Below are positions 8,479-18,628 of a DNA stretch of 64,000 nucleotides, in pieces. The position numbers and the translations under genes are program-made. Source of the DNA: a virus (taxonomy: Duplodnaviria; Caudoviricetes); the IMG/VR virus record IMGVR_UViG_2595698668_000001, positions 96,001 through 160,000 of that record. The stretch is one strand, 5' to 3'. The notes below the pieces were generated by a model, which worked only from the letters and a program-made list of their open reading frames with translations, was not told where the DNA came from and made no database searches. The stretch's first letter is position 1; the number at the start of each line of letters is the position of its first letter.

Positions 8479-9057
8479 TTACCATTTCTTGACCACACCA
8501 TATAGGCGGGTTCTTTCTGTTTTATTTGGTGCAAACTTCAAAAAATCACAATCCGGGGAAGTAACAATACCCTTGTAAAGCTTCTTAATCGCTCTCAGTT
8601 GCGTTTCATCATGAAGTTCGATGAAATCCTTAGCCTTGGAATCGGATACGCTGTAGTGTCGGGCCAATAGCTTTATGATAAGGATATAATCCCAATCGTT
8701 ACTAGCTTTAGCAGCCTTCATAAAAGGTAACTGACATTTAACCACGGTATGATACAAATAATCATAATGCATTTGATCCGTGATGCAACCAGCCCACTGG
8801 TTAAGCTCGGAAGCATAACCAACCATATGTGCGTGTTGGGATATCATCATGTTTATCATGAACTGGTCGTAATCTGCAAATTCCCTGACATTTTTGTAAC
8901 CCGTTTTCTGGGTTACATTTTTAATTATCTCGAATAAGCTTTTGTCTTTATCAACCTTAAACTCGTTACAGAGTTCCTTGACTTTATCCCAATCCTTATT
9001 ATCCCATGCTAAACGGTGTTCATTTGGGGTTTCTAGCCCAAGGAAGTCTAAACTCAT
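8479..9057 (-). CDS. 62: clamp loader small subunit gp62
   Basis: NEHRLAW..., YDQFMIN, TDQMHYDYL; synteny 44-62-regA. Confidence 0.9.
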   Translation of the reverse strand: MSLDFLGLETPNEHRLAWDNKDWDKVKELCNEFKVDKDKSLFEIIKNVTQKTGYKNVREFADYDQFMINMMISQHAHMVGYASELNQWAGCITDQMHYDYLYHTVVKCQLPFMKAAKASNDWDYILIIKLLARHYSVSDSKAKDFIELHDETQLRAIKKLYKGIVTSPDCDFLKFAPNKTERTRLYGVVKKW

Positions 9058-10034
9058 TTCCAGTTAACCTCACATGCCATATCAGACAACATATCCATAA
9101 GATGAATTTCCATATTTGGTACTGTACTTGCAAATTTCTGGAATTCGGCAAGGATCTTAATCATCATACGATAAGATTGCCCGGTAACTTGGGTAGTTGC
9201 CCGCTCATAAAATGCGTTTACAAAGTTCACGTAGTCGCTAGAGAAGTTAGGAACCAGTTGACGGATTTCTTGAACTTTCTTGGCTTTAATAAGCTCGAAA
9301 AGTTTTTCCATTTCCTTTGTAGAACGATTTACGGAAGTCAGTACACCTTCGTCAATATAACCACATGCTGCATATTTGTTCATCTCTGTAATAGTGGTTC
9401 GGAAGTTTGGGAAATTCTTTTTAACCAAAGCAGCAATAGAATTTTTATCCCGAATTTCGATTCCCTCTTCTTTACAGATTGCAAAGCAGCGAACAATCAT
9501 TTCTTTCATCATACGAAGTTCGTCAGCTTTGACCAATTCTTCTGATTCTTCAACTACTTTACCAAATTCAAAAATACGGAACCGGCTACGAAGAGGATCA
9601 ATAATCTTTTCGATATTGTTACAAGTCATAATAATGGTACAGTTACCACCATATGCTTCCATCCAACTACGAAGTTCTTTCTGTACGGCTGACATATCAT
9701 CGTTATCACCTTCGTCGATGATGATAATTTTGCCACCTTTCTTACGGGTGCTGGTGCTGGCGAAGTCGGTTAGAGTAGTTCGAAGGTCATTAATCCGAAG
9801 ATTACCACCCGAAATAAACATCACATCAGCATCAACGTCATTAGCAAGTGCGAGCGCCGTAGTTGTTTTACCAGTACCGGGAGACTTAGAACAAAGGAGA
9901 AGGTGGGGGATCCGTCCAAGTTTAATCAGACCGTTAAAACGCTCAATATCGTGACGGGGTAAAATACATTCGGAGATGGATTGTGGGCGAAATTTCATTT
10001 CCATCATATGGTGGGTATTATCAACTGACAACAT
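9054..10034 (-). CDS. 44: clamp loader large subunit gp44
   Basis: KFRPQSISECILP, SPGTGKTT, IIIIDEGD, PLRSRF. Confidence 0.97.
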   Translation of the reverse strand: MLSVDNTHHMMEMKFRPQSISECILPRHDIERFNGLIKLGRIPHLLLCSKSPGTGKTTTALALANDVDADVMFISGGNLRINDLRTTLTDFASTSTRKKGGKIIIIDEGDNDDMSAVQKELRSWMEAYGGNCTIIMTCNNIEKIIDPLRSRFRIFEFGKVVEESEELVKADELRMMKEMIVRCFAICKEEGIEIRDKNSIAALVKKNFPNFRTTITEMNKYAACGYIDEGVLTSVNRSTKEMEKLFELIKAKKVQEIRQLVPNFSSDYVNFVNAFYERATTQVTGQSYRMMIKILAEFQKFASTVPNMEIHLMDMLSDMACEVNWK

Positions 10035-10046
10035 ATCTTATATTCC

Positions 10047-10319
10047 TCAATCAAATAGATGTTTATATTTATTTTCTAGTGGATCTTCGAAGTCCACATA
10101 TCCAGACCATGTATTGTTTATATATAAACAATACTCAACGACTGGTGCACAATATGTAATCTTAACGTTAGACTCATGCAATCCATAATTGTTTGCTATT
10201 AAAAGTCTAGTTTTGTTTATCTGTGCTCTCGTTTCTGGTCCTTGATGATCCCAATGGTAATCATCACAATCCCCACTATCCTCATAGTGGGAATCAATCT
10301 CTTCTAATGTCAATTTCAT
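10047..10319 (-). CDS. hypothetical protein inserted between genes 45 and 44
   Basis: 90-aa ORF filling the gap exactly, acidic N-terminus. Confidence 0.65.
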   Translation of the reverse strand: MKLTLEEIDSHYEDSGDCDDYHWDHQGPETRAQINKTRLLIANNYGLHESNVKITYCAPVVEYCLYINNTWSGYVDFEDPLENKYKHLFD

Positions 10320-10320
10320 A

Positions 10321-11013
10321 TTAAGACAAAGTAGATGCTTTGTTCATGGAAATTACATAAGTCACTTGCGGACACTTAAACTGTGCGGCACCACGGATAC
10401 ATTTTACTGATGTGTCGCCGGTAAGATAAGAAAGATGTTTCATATCAAAACGAAGGTCAAAATCACCAGCATATTCAGTTTCACCGATAACCACATCGAA
10501 CTGGTTACTTTCCTGTTCGGACACACCACCAGATTTATCGACATAAAACAGGCGAGCTACGATTTTACCATCTTCTTTGATGAACTTCAACATATTCAGT
10601 TTCAGAGTATTACCCATTGCTTGAAGACGGGAAATATCATCAGCTTTCAGATCAAACTCAATTTGAGCCGCTGGGAATACAATAGGCTTTTTCGGGTAAA
10701 CAATCAGACTTTCTTGACTCATAATCAGAGTTGCTTTAGCCCCGGATTCGTGTTTGAGATTCAGTTTCAGATCATCATCTTTGTTATCGACGGTCATTTC
10801 CATTTCACCCTTGAAGTTATTAATAACACCAAGGAGTTGATCCATCGCATAGAGACAGATTTTGTGTTCGAATGTATCTTCTACGGTTGCTTCTGCGTAG
10901 ATATTACCATCGGCGGTACGGGTGTTGATATAATTACCCGGTTGGATCAGGATAGATGGGTTGATAGAAGAAAACAATTTCAGAATTTCGATAGTGGACT
11001 TATTAATTTTCAT
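10321..11013 (-). CDS. 45: sliding clamp gp45
   Basis: MKINKSTIEILKLFSSINPSILI; size and synteny. Confidence 0.93.
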   Translation of the reverse strand: MKINKSTIEILKLFSSINPSILIQPGNYINTRTADGNIYAEATVEDTFEHKICLYAMDQLLGVINNFKGEMEMTVDNKDDDLKLNLKHESGAKATLIMSQESLIVYPKKPIVFPAAQIEFDLKADDISRLQAMGNTLKLNMLKFIKEDGKIVARLFYVDKSGGVSEQESNQFDVVIGETEYAGDFDLRFDMKHLSYLTGDTSVKCIRGAAQFKCPQVTYVISMNKASTLS

Positions 11014-11036
11014 TGAGACATTACCTTTTAATCAGA

Positions 11037-11225
11037 TTAGTATTTTTTGAAGGCATCCCAAAATTTATGGGAGCCGTTTATAATTTTAGTTAGTTCTTCT
11101 GGTGAGAACCGTTCTTCTAGATCCTGCATTGTAACAACAAGCTCTATAGGGTCATCCATGACCTTATTAGTAAGAACCCAGAAGTCCTTATATTCTGGGT
11201 ACATTTCGTGAAGATTGTAAAACAT
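11037..11225 (-). CDS. small hypothetical protein (45.2 position)
   Basis: 62-aa ORF coupled to gp46 stop. Confidence 0.6.
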   Translation of the reverse strand: MFYNLHEMYPEYKDFWVLTNKVMDDPIELVVTMQDLEERFSPEELTKIINGSHKFWDAFKKY

Positions 11226-13555
11226 TATTCTCTTTCCATTACGGTGAAACGACCTTTCTTTGTCATTTTCATATGTGAGGTAAAGCTATCATCACGGTTT
11301 TCTACTCGGTGGGAAATAATAAAGGTATTTCCTCCAATCTCATTGAGAAGACGGTTAACCGCGTATACACCTTCCGAGTCCATACCACCATCAAAGATTT
11401 CATCAAGAATCAACATGGAAATATTTGTTCCAGAAACCAACGACGCGATATATCTCCAAGTAAACAGAAGCGCGATATTGATACGGGCTTTTTCACCTTG
11501 CGAGAATGACATATAAGTAAACTCATCACGACCACGAGATTTGATAGTTTCCTCGAAAGATTCATTCAGAGAGAAAACATAATCAGCACCGGTAATACCA
11601 AGGTACTCGTTGATCTTTGAGTTAAACAGTGGGATATATTTCTTAACGATGTCACCCTTGATGGCATCATCCTTGAGCATGTCCTTAAGTATACCACAAC
11701 TAAACTTCTGATTGAAAAGTTCTTCGTTCTCTTTTGCCTTTTCAGATAGAATAGACTGAACTTCCGCCATTCTCGGAGATTCGAAAACCTTAGATTTGAG
11801 ATTGTCAATGTTATCCTTGATGAATTTAGCCATTTCGGTATTTTCAACAATAGATTTTTCTGTTGCGGCGATGGTAGATTCAATTACCGCACGTTGACGA
11901 GCAATATCCTCAACTTTCCGGTTATGTTCAGCCGTCAGATCAGTAATCTTACGGTCTTTATCGATATCAATCCGATCAAGTTGGGATTGTGTAGTACTCA
12001 GTTTGGTTTTGAGATCGATCATCTCATTTGATTTCTGAGTTTCCAAAGAAGAGATCTTTCGTTTTGTCTCACCGGAAATAGTCTCAAGACGAGTTTTTAG
12101 AACACCAATCTTTTCGCGAACACCACTATTGTGTTCTGATACCTTGCGCTGTTCCTTCAAAACCTCGTCAGAAATCGATTGGTTGAATTCCTTCTCTTCA
12201 TTAGACCACTTGGTTAAGGAAGCCGTATACTCTTCTTCTGACGCACGTACAGCCGCTTTATCCGCATCAATCAATACAGTAATCTCAGAGATTTCAGACT
12301 CTACCTTTTCTTTTTCAGATTTGGCAGATTCCAGCTCATCACGGATCTCGTCAACGTGACTATGACCATCAGAAACATCAGTACCACAAGTAGGACAAAC
12401 TCCATCAGCGAAGTTTTCAAGCGCCTTTGTTTTCTCTTTGATAATGAAATCAAGTTCGAACAAACGACTGGTCTTGACTGTTTTACGATCCCCCAGACTA
12501 ACATCAATCTTGATTCGGTTATCTTCCGGTTTTGGAACCTCAAACGATTGTGATTTCAAACCAGAGATTCGGTCGTCAAGGATCTTATCATCAATCAGAG
12601 TAGATTCCAACTCTTTGATTTCATTCAAGAAAGATGATTCATCGACAACTTCATTTTTTGCCTGTTCAATCAGTTCATCATATTTTGACTCAACACCAGA
12701 GATCTGATGTTTTGTGTTATCGATAGACAGACGGAGAACGTGACCGGAGTCAAGGTATTCCTGTTCGATACGTTTGACAATTTCATCGATATCAGACGAA
12801 TCAGGCTCAACAAGATCAACAAGGGATCCTTTCAGTTTTTCGATTTCACCTTTTGCTGAATGAATACGAGAAACCAGAGTTTTAACCTGTTCTGTTTGTT
12901 GACTAATCGCAGCTTCGTTAGACGCTTTTTGTTCTTCGATAGACTTTTCTATAGAACGATATTCATTCTCAAGACCAGTCATTTCAACTGAAACCAAATC
13001 ATAAGCTGTATTAACTTGCTTAAGCTCTACGTTGTTCAGCTTGTTCATTTGACCAAGAACAGACAATTTCAGAAGGTCTTCGACCATCGTTCTTCGTTGT
13101 TCTGGTTTCAGTTCCATAAAGGGAGTATAACCCGCAGTACCCAGAACAATCAACTGTTTAAAGCTCTCGTGGGAAACTTTTAGAATATCTTCTTCTAGGA
13201 TCCGTTGATATTCAATTGCGCTTGCTGCTTCTGGGATGGGTTCTCCATCAACAGTAACCTTAAAAATTGTGGGTTTGATACCGCGCTCGATATGAACAAC
13301 TTTACCACCGATGGTAAGCTCACCCTCGGTATGAAGGTTTTTCTTATTGATCTGGTTGATCAACTGGTCTTTCTTCAACTTACGGTATGGTTTACCGTAC
13401 ATAAGGAAAGACAGAGCTTCAATCATCGTTGATTTACCAGCACCATTAGACCCTGTAACCAAGGTCTTGGCGCTTTCATCGAGTTGTACACGAATTGGAG
13501 CCGCACCAACCGACATAATATTTTTGTAACTAATCCAATTAAACGTAATATCCAT
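11225..13555 (-). CDS. 46: Rad50-like recombination ATPase gp46 with extended coiled coil
   Basis: GSNGAGKST, central CPTC zinc hook, FSQGEKARI signature, LILDEIFD, ISH. Confidence 0.97.
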   Translation of the reverse strand: MDITFNWISYKNIMSVGAAPIRVQLDESAKTLVTGSNGAGKSTMIEALSFLMYGKPYRKLKKDQLINQINKKNLHTEGELTIGGKVVHIERGIKPTIFKVTVDGEPIPEAASAIEYQRILEEDILKVSHESFKQLIVLGTAGYTPFMELKPEQRRTMVEDLLKLSVLGQMNKLNNVELKQVNTAYDLVSVEMTGLENEYRSIEKSIEEQKASNEAAISQQTEQVKTLVSRIHSAKGEIEKLKGSLVDLVEPDSSDIDEIVKRIEQEYLDSGHVLRLSIDNTKHQISGVESKYDELIEQAKNEVVDESSFLNEIKELESTLIDDKILDDRISGLKSQSFEVPKPEDNRIKIDVSLGDRKTVKTSRLFELDFIIKEKTKALENFADGVCPTCGTDVSDGHSHVDEIRDELESAKSEKEKVESEISEITVLIDADKAAVRASEEEYTASLTKWSNEEKEFNQSISDEVLKEQRKVSEHNSGVREKIGVLKTRLETISGETKRKISSLETQKSNEMIDLKTKLSTTQSQLDRIDIDKDRKITDLTAEHNRKVEDIARQRAVIESTIAATEKSIVENTEMAKFIKDNIDNLKSKVFESPRMAEVQSILSEKAKENEELFNQKFSCGILKDMLKDDAIKGDIVKKYIPLFNSKINEYLGITGADYVFSLNESFEETIKSRGRDEFTYMSFSQGEKARINIALLFTWRYIASLVSGTNISMLILDEIFDGGMDSEGVYAVNRLLNEIGGNTFIISHRVENRDDSFTSHMKMTKKGRFTVMERE

Positions 13556-13809
13556 TAACTCATAGCCTCAATAAGTTCATTACAAATTTGTTGGATGTTA
13601 TACCGAATCATATGATCCTCTACCATATCTTTCTCGTCATATCGTCTCACGATTTGATATAGTTCTCCATCATCACCATAATATTGAATTTGGATAATAA
13701 TAACACCATCAACTACCATTACGCTGGGTGATGTATCATACCACCCAAGCCCATCATCATCTTCGTTTGCTTCTCGGAGAAAAGTACATATTCTATATAC
13801 ATCTATCAT
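13555..13809 (-). CDS. hypothetical protein
   Basis: 84-aa ORF overlapping the stop of 47 and start of 46. Confidence 0.65.
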   Translation of the reverse strand: MIDVYRICTFLREANEDDDGLGWYDTSPSVMVVDGVIIIQIQYYGDDGELYQIVRRYDEKDMVEDHMIRYNIQQICNELIEAMS

Positions 13810-14837
13810 GAGTTGTTCGCTTCTATGAAAAGACGGCTGGCGTATTTCATTGCATGTTCACGCTCTTTCTCATCAAGATCCATAGAGTTAATATATTCCT
13901 TGATTAGGATATCAATTGTCTTGACTTCAAGATCTTTTTCGTCCGCATCGTCAATAGCACCTGAAAAATCTTCCAAGTTCTTTTGAGACAATTTTTCTAC
14001 CACGGATTCAAGCGCGGTAAGAGTAGCATCTAGTTCTTTATCAGATTTATGGATTACCAGCATAACACATTTATCCGTGTACATGCTAACATCTTTTTTA
14101 TCCACATCTTCATAATTTACCTTGACATGCCACATGTTTTCGTTTGCGACGAATTCAAGTTCCTCGGTATCTGTATCGAACACATAGAAGCCCCGAACAT
14201 CATTACAATCGTTCATGGTAATCGTGTATGGGGTTCCAAGGTAATGGACGTTACCCTTTTTACTGGCGGTGTGATAATGACCGGAAAATGCAGTTTTATA
14301 CTTACTCAGGAACTCTTTATCCTCTCCATGAATGGCGGGGATACCAGAATAAAAGTCAAACCCCATCAGCTCCCAGTGACCCATAGAATATTGAGATGCA
14401 CTATTCTTGATGAACTCGCGGATCTGTTCTTTGTTTTCTTTACATTCCCAAGGGATCATATCAAACATCAGAGAACCAAGCAAAATGGTGGTTGGTTCAT
14501 TATAAATCTTGAACAGTGGATCATGACCAAAGTTTTCATGAACGGAGTTAGGCATAACCGAGTTTTTATAATGACAATCGTGGTTGCCCGGTATCACATG
14601 AATGGTATCAAATGCTTCTACAAGCATAGGTCGAATTTCTTCACGCATAAAGCGCAATGTTTCCTGAGTTACACCGCTCCGCACATCAAACCAGTCCCCG
14701 GCTTGAAGAAGTACACGGATCCCATTTTCTTTTGCATAATCACACATCTGTTTAAAAAACAGCTTCTGTGCTTTCTGGATATATGGACTGTCCTTGGCTT
14801 CTCCCAAATGGGTATCACCACACTTTATAGTCTTCAT
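13806..14837 (-). CDS. 47: Mre11-like recombination nuclease gp47
   Basis: GDTHLG, GDWFDVR, GNHD, GHWEL, SGHYH phosphoesterase motifs. Confidence 0.97.
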   Translation of the reverse strand: MKTIKCGDTHLGEAKDSPYIQKAQKLFFKQMCDYAKENGIRVLLQAGDWFDVRSGVTQETLRFMREEIRPMLVEAFDTIHVIPGNHDCHYKNSVMPNSVHENFGHDPLFKIYNEPTTILLGSLMFDMIPWECKENKEQIREFIKNSASQYSMGHWELMGFDFYSGIPAIHGEDKEFLSKYKTAFSGHYHTASKKGNVHYLGTPYTITMNDCNDVRGFYVFDTDTEELEFVANENMWHVKVNYEDVDKKDVSMYTDKCVMLVIHKSDKELDATLTALESVVEKLSQKNLEDFSGAIDDADEKDLEVKTIDILIKEYINSMDLDEKEREHAMKYASRLFIEANNS

Positions 14838-14890
14838 TTTAACCTCATAATCAAAAAGACCCACCCGGTTTGGATGGGTCTGGTGGTTCA

Positions 14891-15280
14891 TTAAGCTGCA
14901 CATACTGGGGTTGTTTTACCCTCAGACCGTGGCACTAGGTATGTTTCTTGTTCAGCTTGTTTGAAAGCATCGAACAGAATTTTATCTGTTTGTTGTTTCG
15001 AAGTCAAGTACAGAGTTTCGAGAGTTTCACGGTCCAGTCTTGGTTGCTGTGAGATAAAACGAAGTTTCTCAATGGAATAGATATAACCTTCTTTATTCGC
15101 AGTGATCAGACAGTCGCGAGCATGGGAACTAAGACGTTTGATTTCTTTTTCATGCTTCTTATAGTGTTTCTTCGCCAACTTCTCTACCATCTTTTGTTGA
15201 TATTCAGTCAGTTTTACACCAGAGTTATTTTCTTCAATAACTTCATCTACTACAGTAGACAATTCTTGTTGTTCATTCAT
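14891..15280 (-). CDS. a-gt.4-like conserved protein
   Basis: KKHEKEIKRLSSHA...YIYSIEKLR pattern; position between 55 and 47. Confidence 0.7.
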   Translation of the reverse strand: MNEQQELSTVVDEVIEENNSGVKLTEYQQKMVEKLAKKHYKKHEKEIKRLSSHARDCLITANKEGYIYSIEKLRFISQQPRLDRETLETLYLTSKQQTDKILFDAFKQAEQETYLVPRSEGKTTPVCAA

Positions 15281-15494
15281 CGAATTTATATTCCAGTTTT
15301 ATATTGTCAGTTGATTCTGTTTTAATTATACCATGAACAAGAGATGGTTTTGGATTATGTGGGTTTGTATAGTCGAAATCGATTGGAAACCCAGAACTTT
15401 TCAATTCCACCATCAGGATATATTGCATTGCTTTTATGTCGTATTCACTATATTCAAGTAAATCAAGAAGATCAATTGTCAGGTAACGTTTCAT
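15273..15494 (-). CDS. small conserved protein (a-gt.5 position)
   Basis: 73-aa ORF overlapping gp55 3' end; synteny only. Confidence 0.5.
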   Translation of the reverse strand: MKRYLTIDLLDLLEYSEYDIKAMQYILMVELKSSGFPIDFDYTNPHNPKPSLVHGIIKTESTDNIKLEYKFDE

Positions 15495-16023
15495 TGTCGT
15501 CATCCTCTTGATTTTCTTCGTAATCATATAGCCAATCAAGTTCTCCGACTTGTTCTTCTTTTTCTTTATCTGCTTTCTTTATAGATTCTTCATATTCGTT
15601 GACTTTACCAACCAAGTCAAGATAAAAATCCGGGTCTACCATTTCAGCCATATCGTCGTCGTCTGAATCATAAACACATTCAACGAAATATCGGTTTTTG
15701 GTAGCTTCCTTTTTCTTCTCTCTCTTTAGTTCGTCAAAGAATGCCCGCATTGCAATCATTGTAACATAAGCGTGGGCATTACCAAAGGACTTTTCGTCAA
15801 ATTTATGGATTTTTCTGATAAGGATCTCTTGCGCTTCGAGTACAAGGTTTTCTTTCCATATCGGGGTCATTCGTCTAAATCTATAATACTCTGTACATCC
15901 TTGTACAATATTCATTATTGCTTCGCCGAGAGAATCAGACATTTTTTTCGTTGGGTCTTCTCGGTCTTTTTTCCACTGAACTATATCAGCAATCAGTTTT
16001 TGATTATCTACGTATACAGCCAT
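15472..16023 (-). CDS. 55: late-transcription sigma factor gp55
   Basis: YVDNQKL, LGEAIMNI, KFDEK...NAHAYVTMIA...AF, acidic tail ending ELDWLY. Confidence 0.95.
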   Translation of the reverse strand: MAVYVDNQKLIADIVQWKKDREDPTKKMSDSLGEAIMNIVQGCTEYYRFRRMTPIWKENLVLEAQEILIRKIHKFDEKSFGNAHAYVTMIAMRAFFDELKREKKKEATKNRYFVECVYDSDDDDMAEMVDPDFYLDLVGKVNEYEESIKKADKEKEEQVGELDWLYDYEENQEDDDNETLPDN

Positions 16024-16075
16024 TATTACACCTCATCGTTTTATGATTTATTATAACACACAGTATGCATGTTTT

Positions 16076-17530
16076 TTATTTTGATTTACGACGGGTGGAA
16101 ATCCAATCAGAAACCAAAGCAATATCGGTTGGTTCCAAGACAGATAATTTACGTCCGATCTGCTTTTGATAATATGACAATGCGGATTGCTCTTTATTAT
16201 CAAGACCGAATATAGATTTAAAACTCTCTTTCCTAGCTCTTGGGGTAGTTTCTTTCTTTCTTGGTTTTCTTTCCTTTTCTGCGAAAATCATCAATGAACA
16301 ATCGATATTTGCATCCGGAAGATACTTATTCTTGAGATATTCTGCAACCCTCATATCAGGAACAATAAGCCTAACCGGAGACATACTTTTATTATTTCGA
16401 ATGTCGGTTCTCAAACAAAGTTGGAAAGCTGGCTCTAGATATTTCGAAACCAAGAATGCGTTTGTCAGATGGTCTACATCCAGACCCTGATTATAACTCA
16501 GAGACTTCAACAACTCCAACTGCCATGGGCTTGGGTTATAAGAGAATAACGCAACCGCAGTTGAAAAGTTCATATAGTTGTTCATCCCATGTGGGTTATA
16601 TGGGATCTTAGTCCCACCATTCAATGGACCTCTATATGAGTTTGTTGTGTATATGTAATTAACTGGACCAACCACATTATAAACAATATCCTTGACTTTG
16701 TTGTATACAGTCTCACCACCAATTTCTATATCGGACGCATATCTTGACCAATTCCCATCATACATAGGTATGATCTCGATTCGTTGAGTGTTCTTATAGT
16801 TTCTGAAATCCAAATCTGAAACCAAAGGACTTTCTACAAATTCCCAACCTGCATATTCTTTAAGAACAACCCCAGTAAACGTTTCTCGAAAATTTGCACA
16901 AGCAATCGTGATTTTTGTAAACAATTCCCATGATTGGGTACTCATATCTTCAACAAAATAAGCACAGCTATCCTTAATAATCACCGGTATGTCGGTTAAT
17001 AGTGCTTTAACCAAAGGGAATACACTATTAGACACGACGTCTAGGTTATGCATACCATCCATAGCAATTTCTTCAAGAGTCTTTCTATGCTTTTCTACGA
17101 CGGTCATACGACCATTACTAGCAATATCACAATATCTTGAAACAACGTCGATGTTTGTCTTGAATTGAACCTGACGAAGATCGACCATATCAGGAACTTC
17201 ATCTATATAAAGCTCATGACCTTCAAATAAATCAAAATGTGGGAAGTTCATTAAAGCAGAATGGGTAATAAAAATAACCCGATATTTCCCAATAGATTCC
17301 TTTATAGAATCATAAACCGATGCCCGTTTTTTAATATTATCAGTATCTAAGATGATTGCGTTATCATAACCAAGGGTCATTGTAAAGAAATCGTAAGATT
17401 GCTTAGATAGCTGACAGGAAATTGACGCAATAATGGTCGGTTTTCTACTCCGACCAACATGTTTTAGAATTGCTTTTGTTTTTCCACTACCGGGGACCGA
17501 TGTCAAAACCTCAACGTTTAGCGATCCCAT
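16076..17530 (-). CDS. P-loop NTPase / SF2-like helicase, possibly origin-binding-protein type
   Basis: PGSGKT Walker A near N-terminus, FITHSAL, LYIDEVPD Walker B, QLCLRTDIR late motif; GGAG RBS before ATG 17530. Confidence 0.7.
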   Translation of the reverse strand: MGSLNVEVLTSVPGSGKTKAILKHVGRSRKPTIIASISCQLSKQSYDFFTMTLGYDNAIILDTDNIKKRASVYDSIKESIGKYRVIFITHSALMNFPHFDLFEGHELYIDEVPDMVDLRQVQFKTNIDVVSRYCDIASNGRMTVVEKHRKTLEEIAMDGMHNLDVVSNSVFPLVKALLTDIPVIIKDSCAYFVEDMSTQSWELFTKITIACANFRETFTGVVLKEYAGWEFVESPLVSDLDFRNYKNTQRIEIIPMYDGNWSRYASDIEIGGETVYNKVKDIVYNVVGPVNYIYTTNSYRGPLNGGTKIPYNPHGMNNYMNFSTAVALFSYNPSPWQLELLKSLSYNQGLDVDHLTNAFLVSKYLEPAFQLCLRTDIRNNKSMSPVRLIVPDMRVAEYLKNKYLPDANIDCSLMIFAEKERKPRKKETTPRARKESFKSIFGLDNKEQSALSYYQKQIGRKLSVLEPTDIALVSDWISTRRKSK

Positions 17531-17786
17531 TATCAACTCCAAAAGACTCCGCGCCATATACCTCAAGAATGTATCCAACCGCAATTTCGCGTAACTTGTT
17601 CTTGTGGATATTTCCAATATGTGCAGTTTCTTTTGCCATGAAGTTAACAATAACGTCTAGGAATTTTTCAGTAACAATATTTTTATTTTCGATTCGAACT
17701 TCTACACTTTCTACAATGTGTCGCTTGCACAAGTTCTGGATACTAATATAATTTTCACGAGTCAATTTCATTTTGCTTTCCATCAT
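17511..17786 (-). CDS. hypothetical protein
   Basis: ORF overlapping both neighbours in the operon; start may be 17771. Confidence 0.55.
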   Translation of the reverse strand: MMESKMKLTRENYISIQNLCKRHIVESVEVRIENKNIVTEKFLDVIVNFMAKETAHIGNIHKNKLREIAVGYILEVYGAESFGVDNGIAKR

Positions 17787-18360
17787 GCTTATTTTTTATG
17801 TTCTTTTCAACAAGATTCCAATAACGATACCCAAGTTTCCTGAGAGACTTGTCATAGTCTTCTTGTGAAGATTTATTACCATGAAGACGTTTGGCGTCTT
17901 TAATTACTCTAAATTGATATTTTTGATTATGTCTATTGACAGTTTCTATATACATCAATCCGGCAAAGGTAGGTATTTCTTCCGGGGTTATCAATCCATA
18001 TGGAACAATATACCAGAAATAGTTGAGAAGTCTACCTTTTTCTAGTGCTTCATATTTGGTCATCTCTTCAAGGTCGGCTTTGTATCTTCTACCGTTATCT
18101 CTTTCAGGCCAAATTTCAACCATTTTCTTAGCGTCGTTCTTGAAATCGGCTCTACTGATCTTGATCTCAAACTCGTCCCGAAACCCGCTTTTCCTAAAGG
18201 CCAACAAATCAGCTTCTAGATCACTGGTGTAAAAGCAGTTTGGTACTATTAGGTCATACTTCTTCTGCATTGGGAAATATGTCCCAAAATATCCCTGTAT
18301 ATCACTTTCGGTCAGTTTCTCTTTTACTTCCCGGTCTTGTTCTTTTCTAATGATCGCCAT
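17755..18360 (-). CDS. MmcB-like PD-(D/E)XK nuclease-fold protein
   Basis: EADLL...EFEIKISRADFKND...NYFWYIVP...GL pattern. Confidence 0.7.
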   Translation of the reverse strand: MAIIRKEQDREVKEKLTESDIQGYFGTYFPMQKKYDLIVPNCFYTSDLEADLLAFRKSGFRDEFEIKISRADFKNDAKKMVEIWPERDNGRRYKADLEEMTKYEALEKGRLLNYFWYIVPYGLITPEEIPTFAGLMYIETVNRHNQKYQFRVIKDAKRLHGNKSSQEDYDKSLRKLGYRYWNLVEKNIKNKHDGKQNEIDS

Positions 18361-18628
18361 ATAAGTCCCTTAGTTGTTTCAGAGACCCAATATATCGACC
18401 ATCAACAAATATTCTAGGAAATGATGTCGGACGATACGGAAGATTTGCTCTGGTTTTTATTTCATCAAATTTTTCGATTATATAATCAAACCCCAAACTA
18501 TTATTAGATTTAGAAAGAACGGGTATGAGTTCATATTCATACCCGTTTTCGATACAAAATCTAATAGAGTCGATACAACCGGCGCATTTTGCAATATCTT
18601 CCGGAACTCCATAGATTTCAACAAACAT
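18347..18628 (-). CDS. glutaredoxin/thioredoxin (NrdC/NrdH-like)
   Basis: CAGC active site, TSFPRIFVDGRYIG. Confidence 0.9.
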   Translation of the reverse strand: MFVEIYGVPEDIAKCAGCIDSIRFCIENGYEYELIPVLSKSNNSLGFDYIIEKFDEIKTRANLPYRPTSFPRIFVDGRYIGSLKQLRDLYGDH

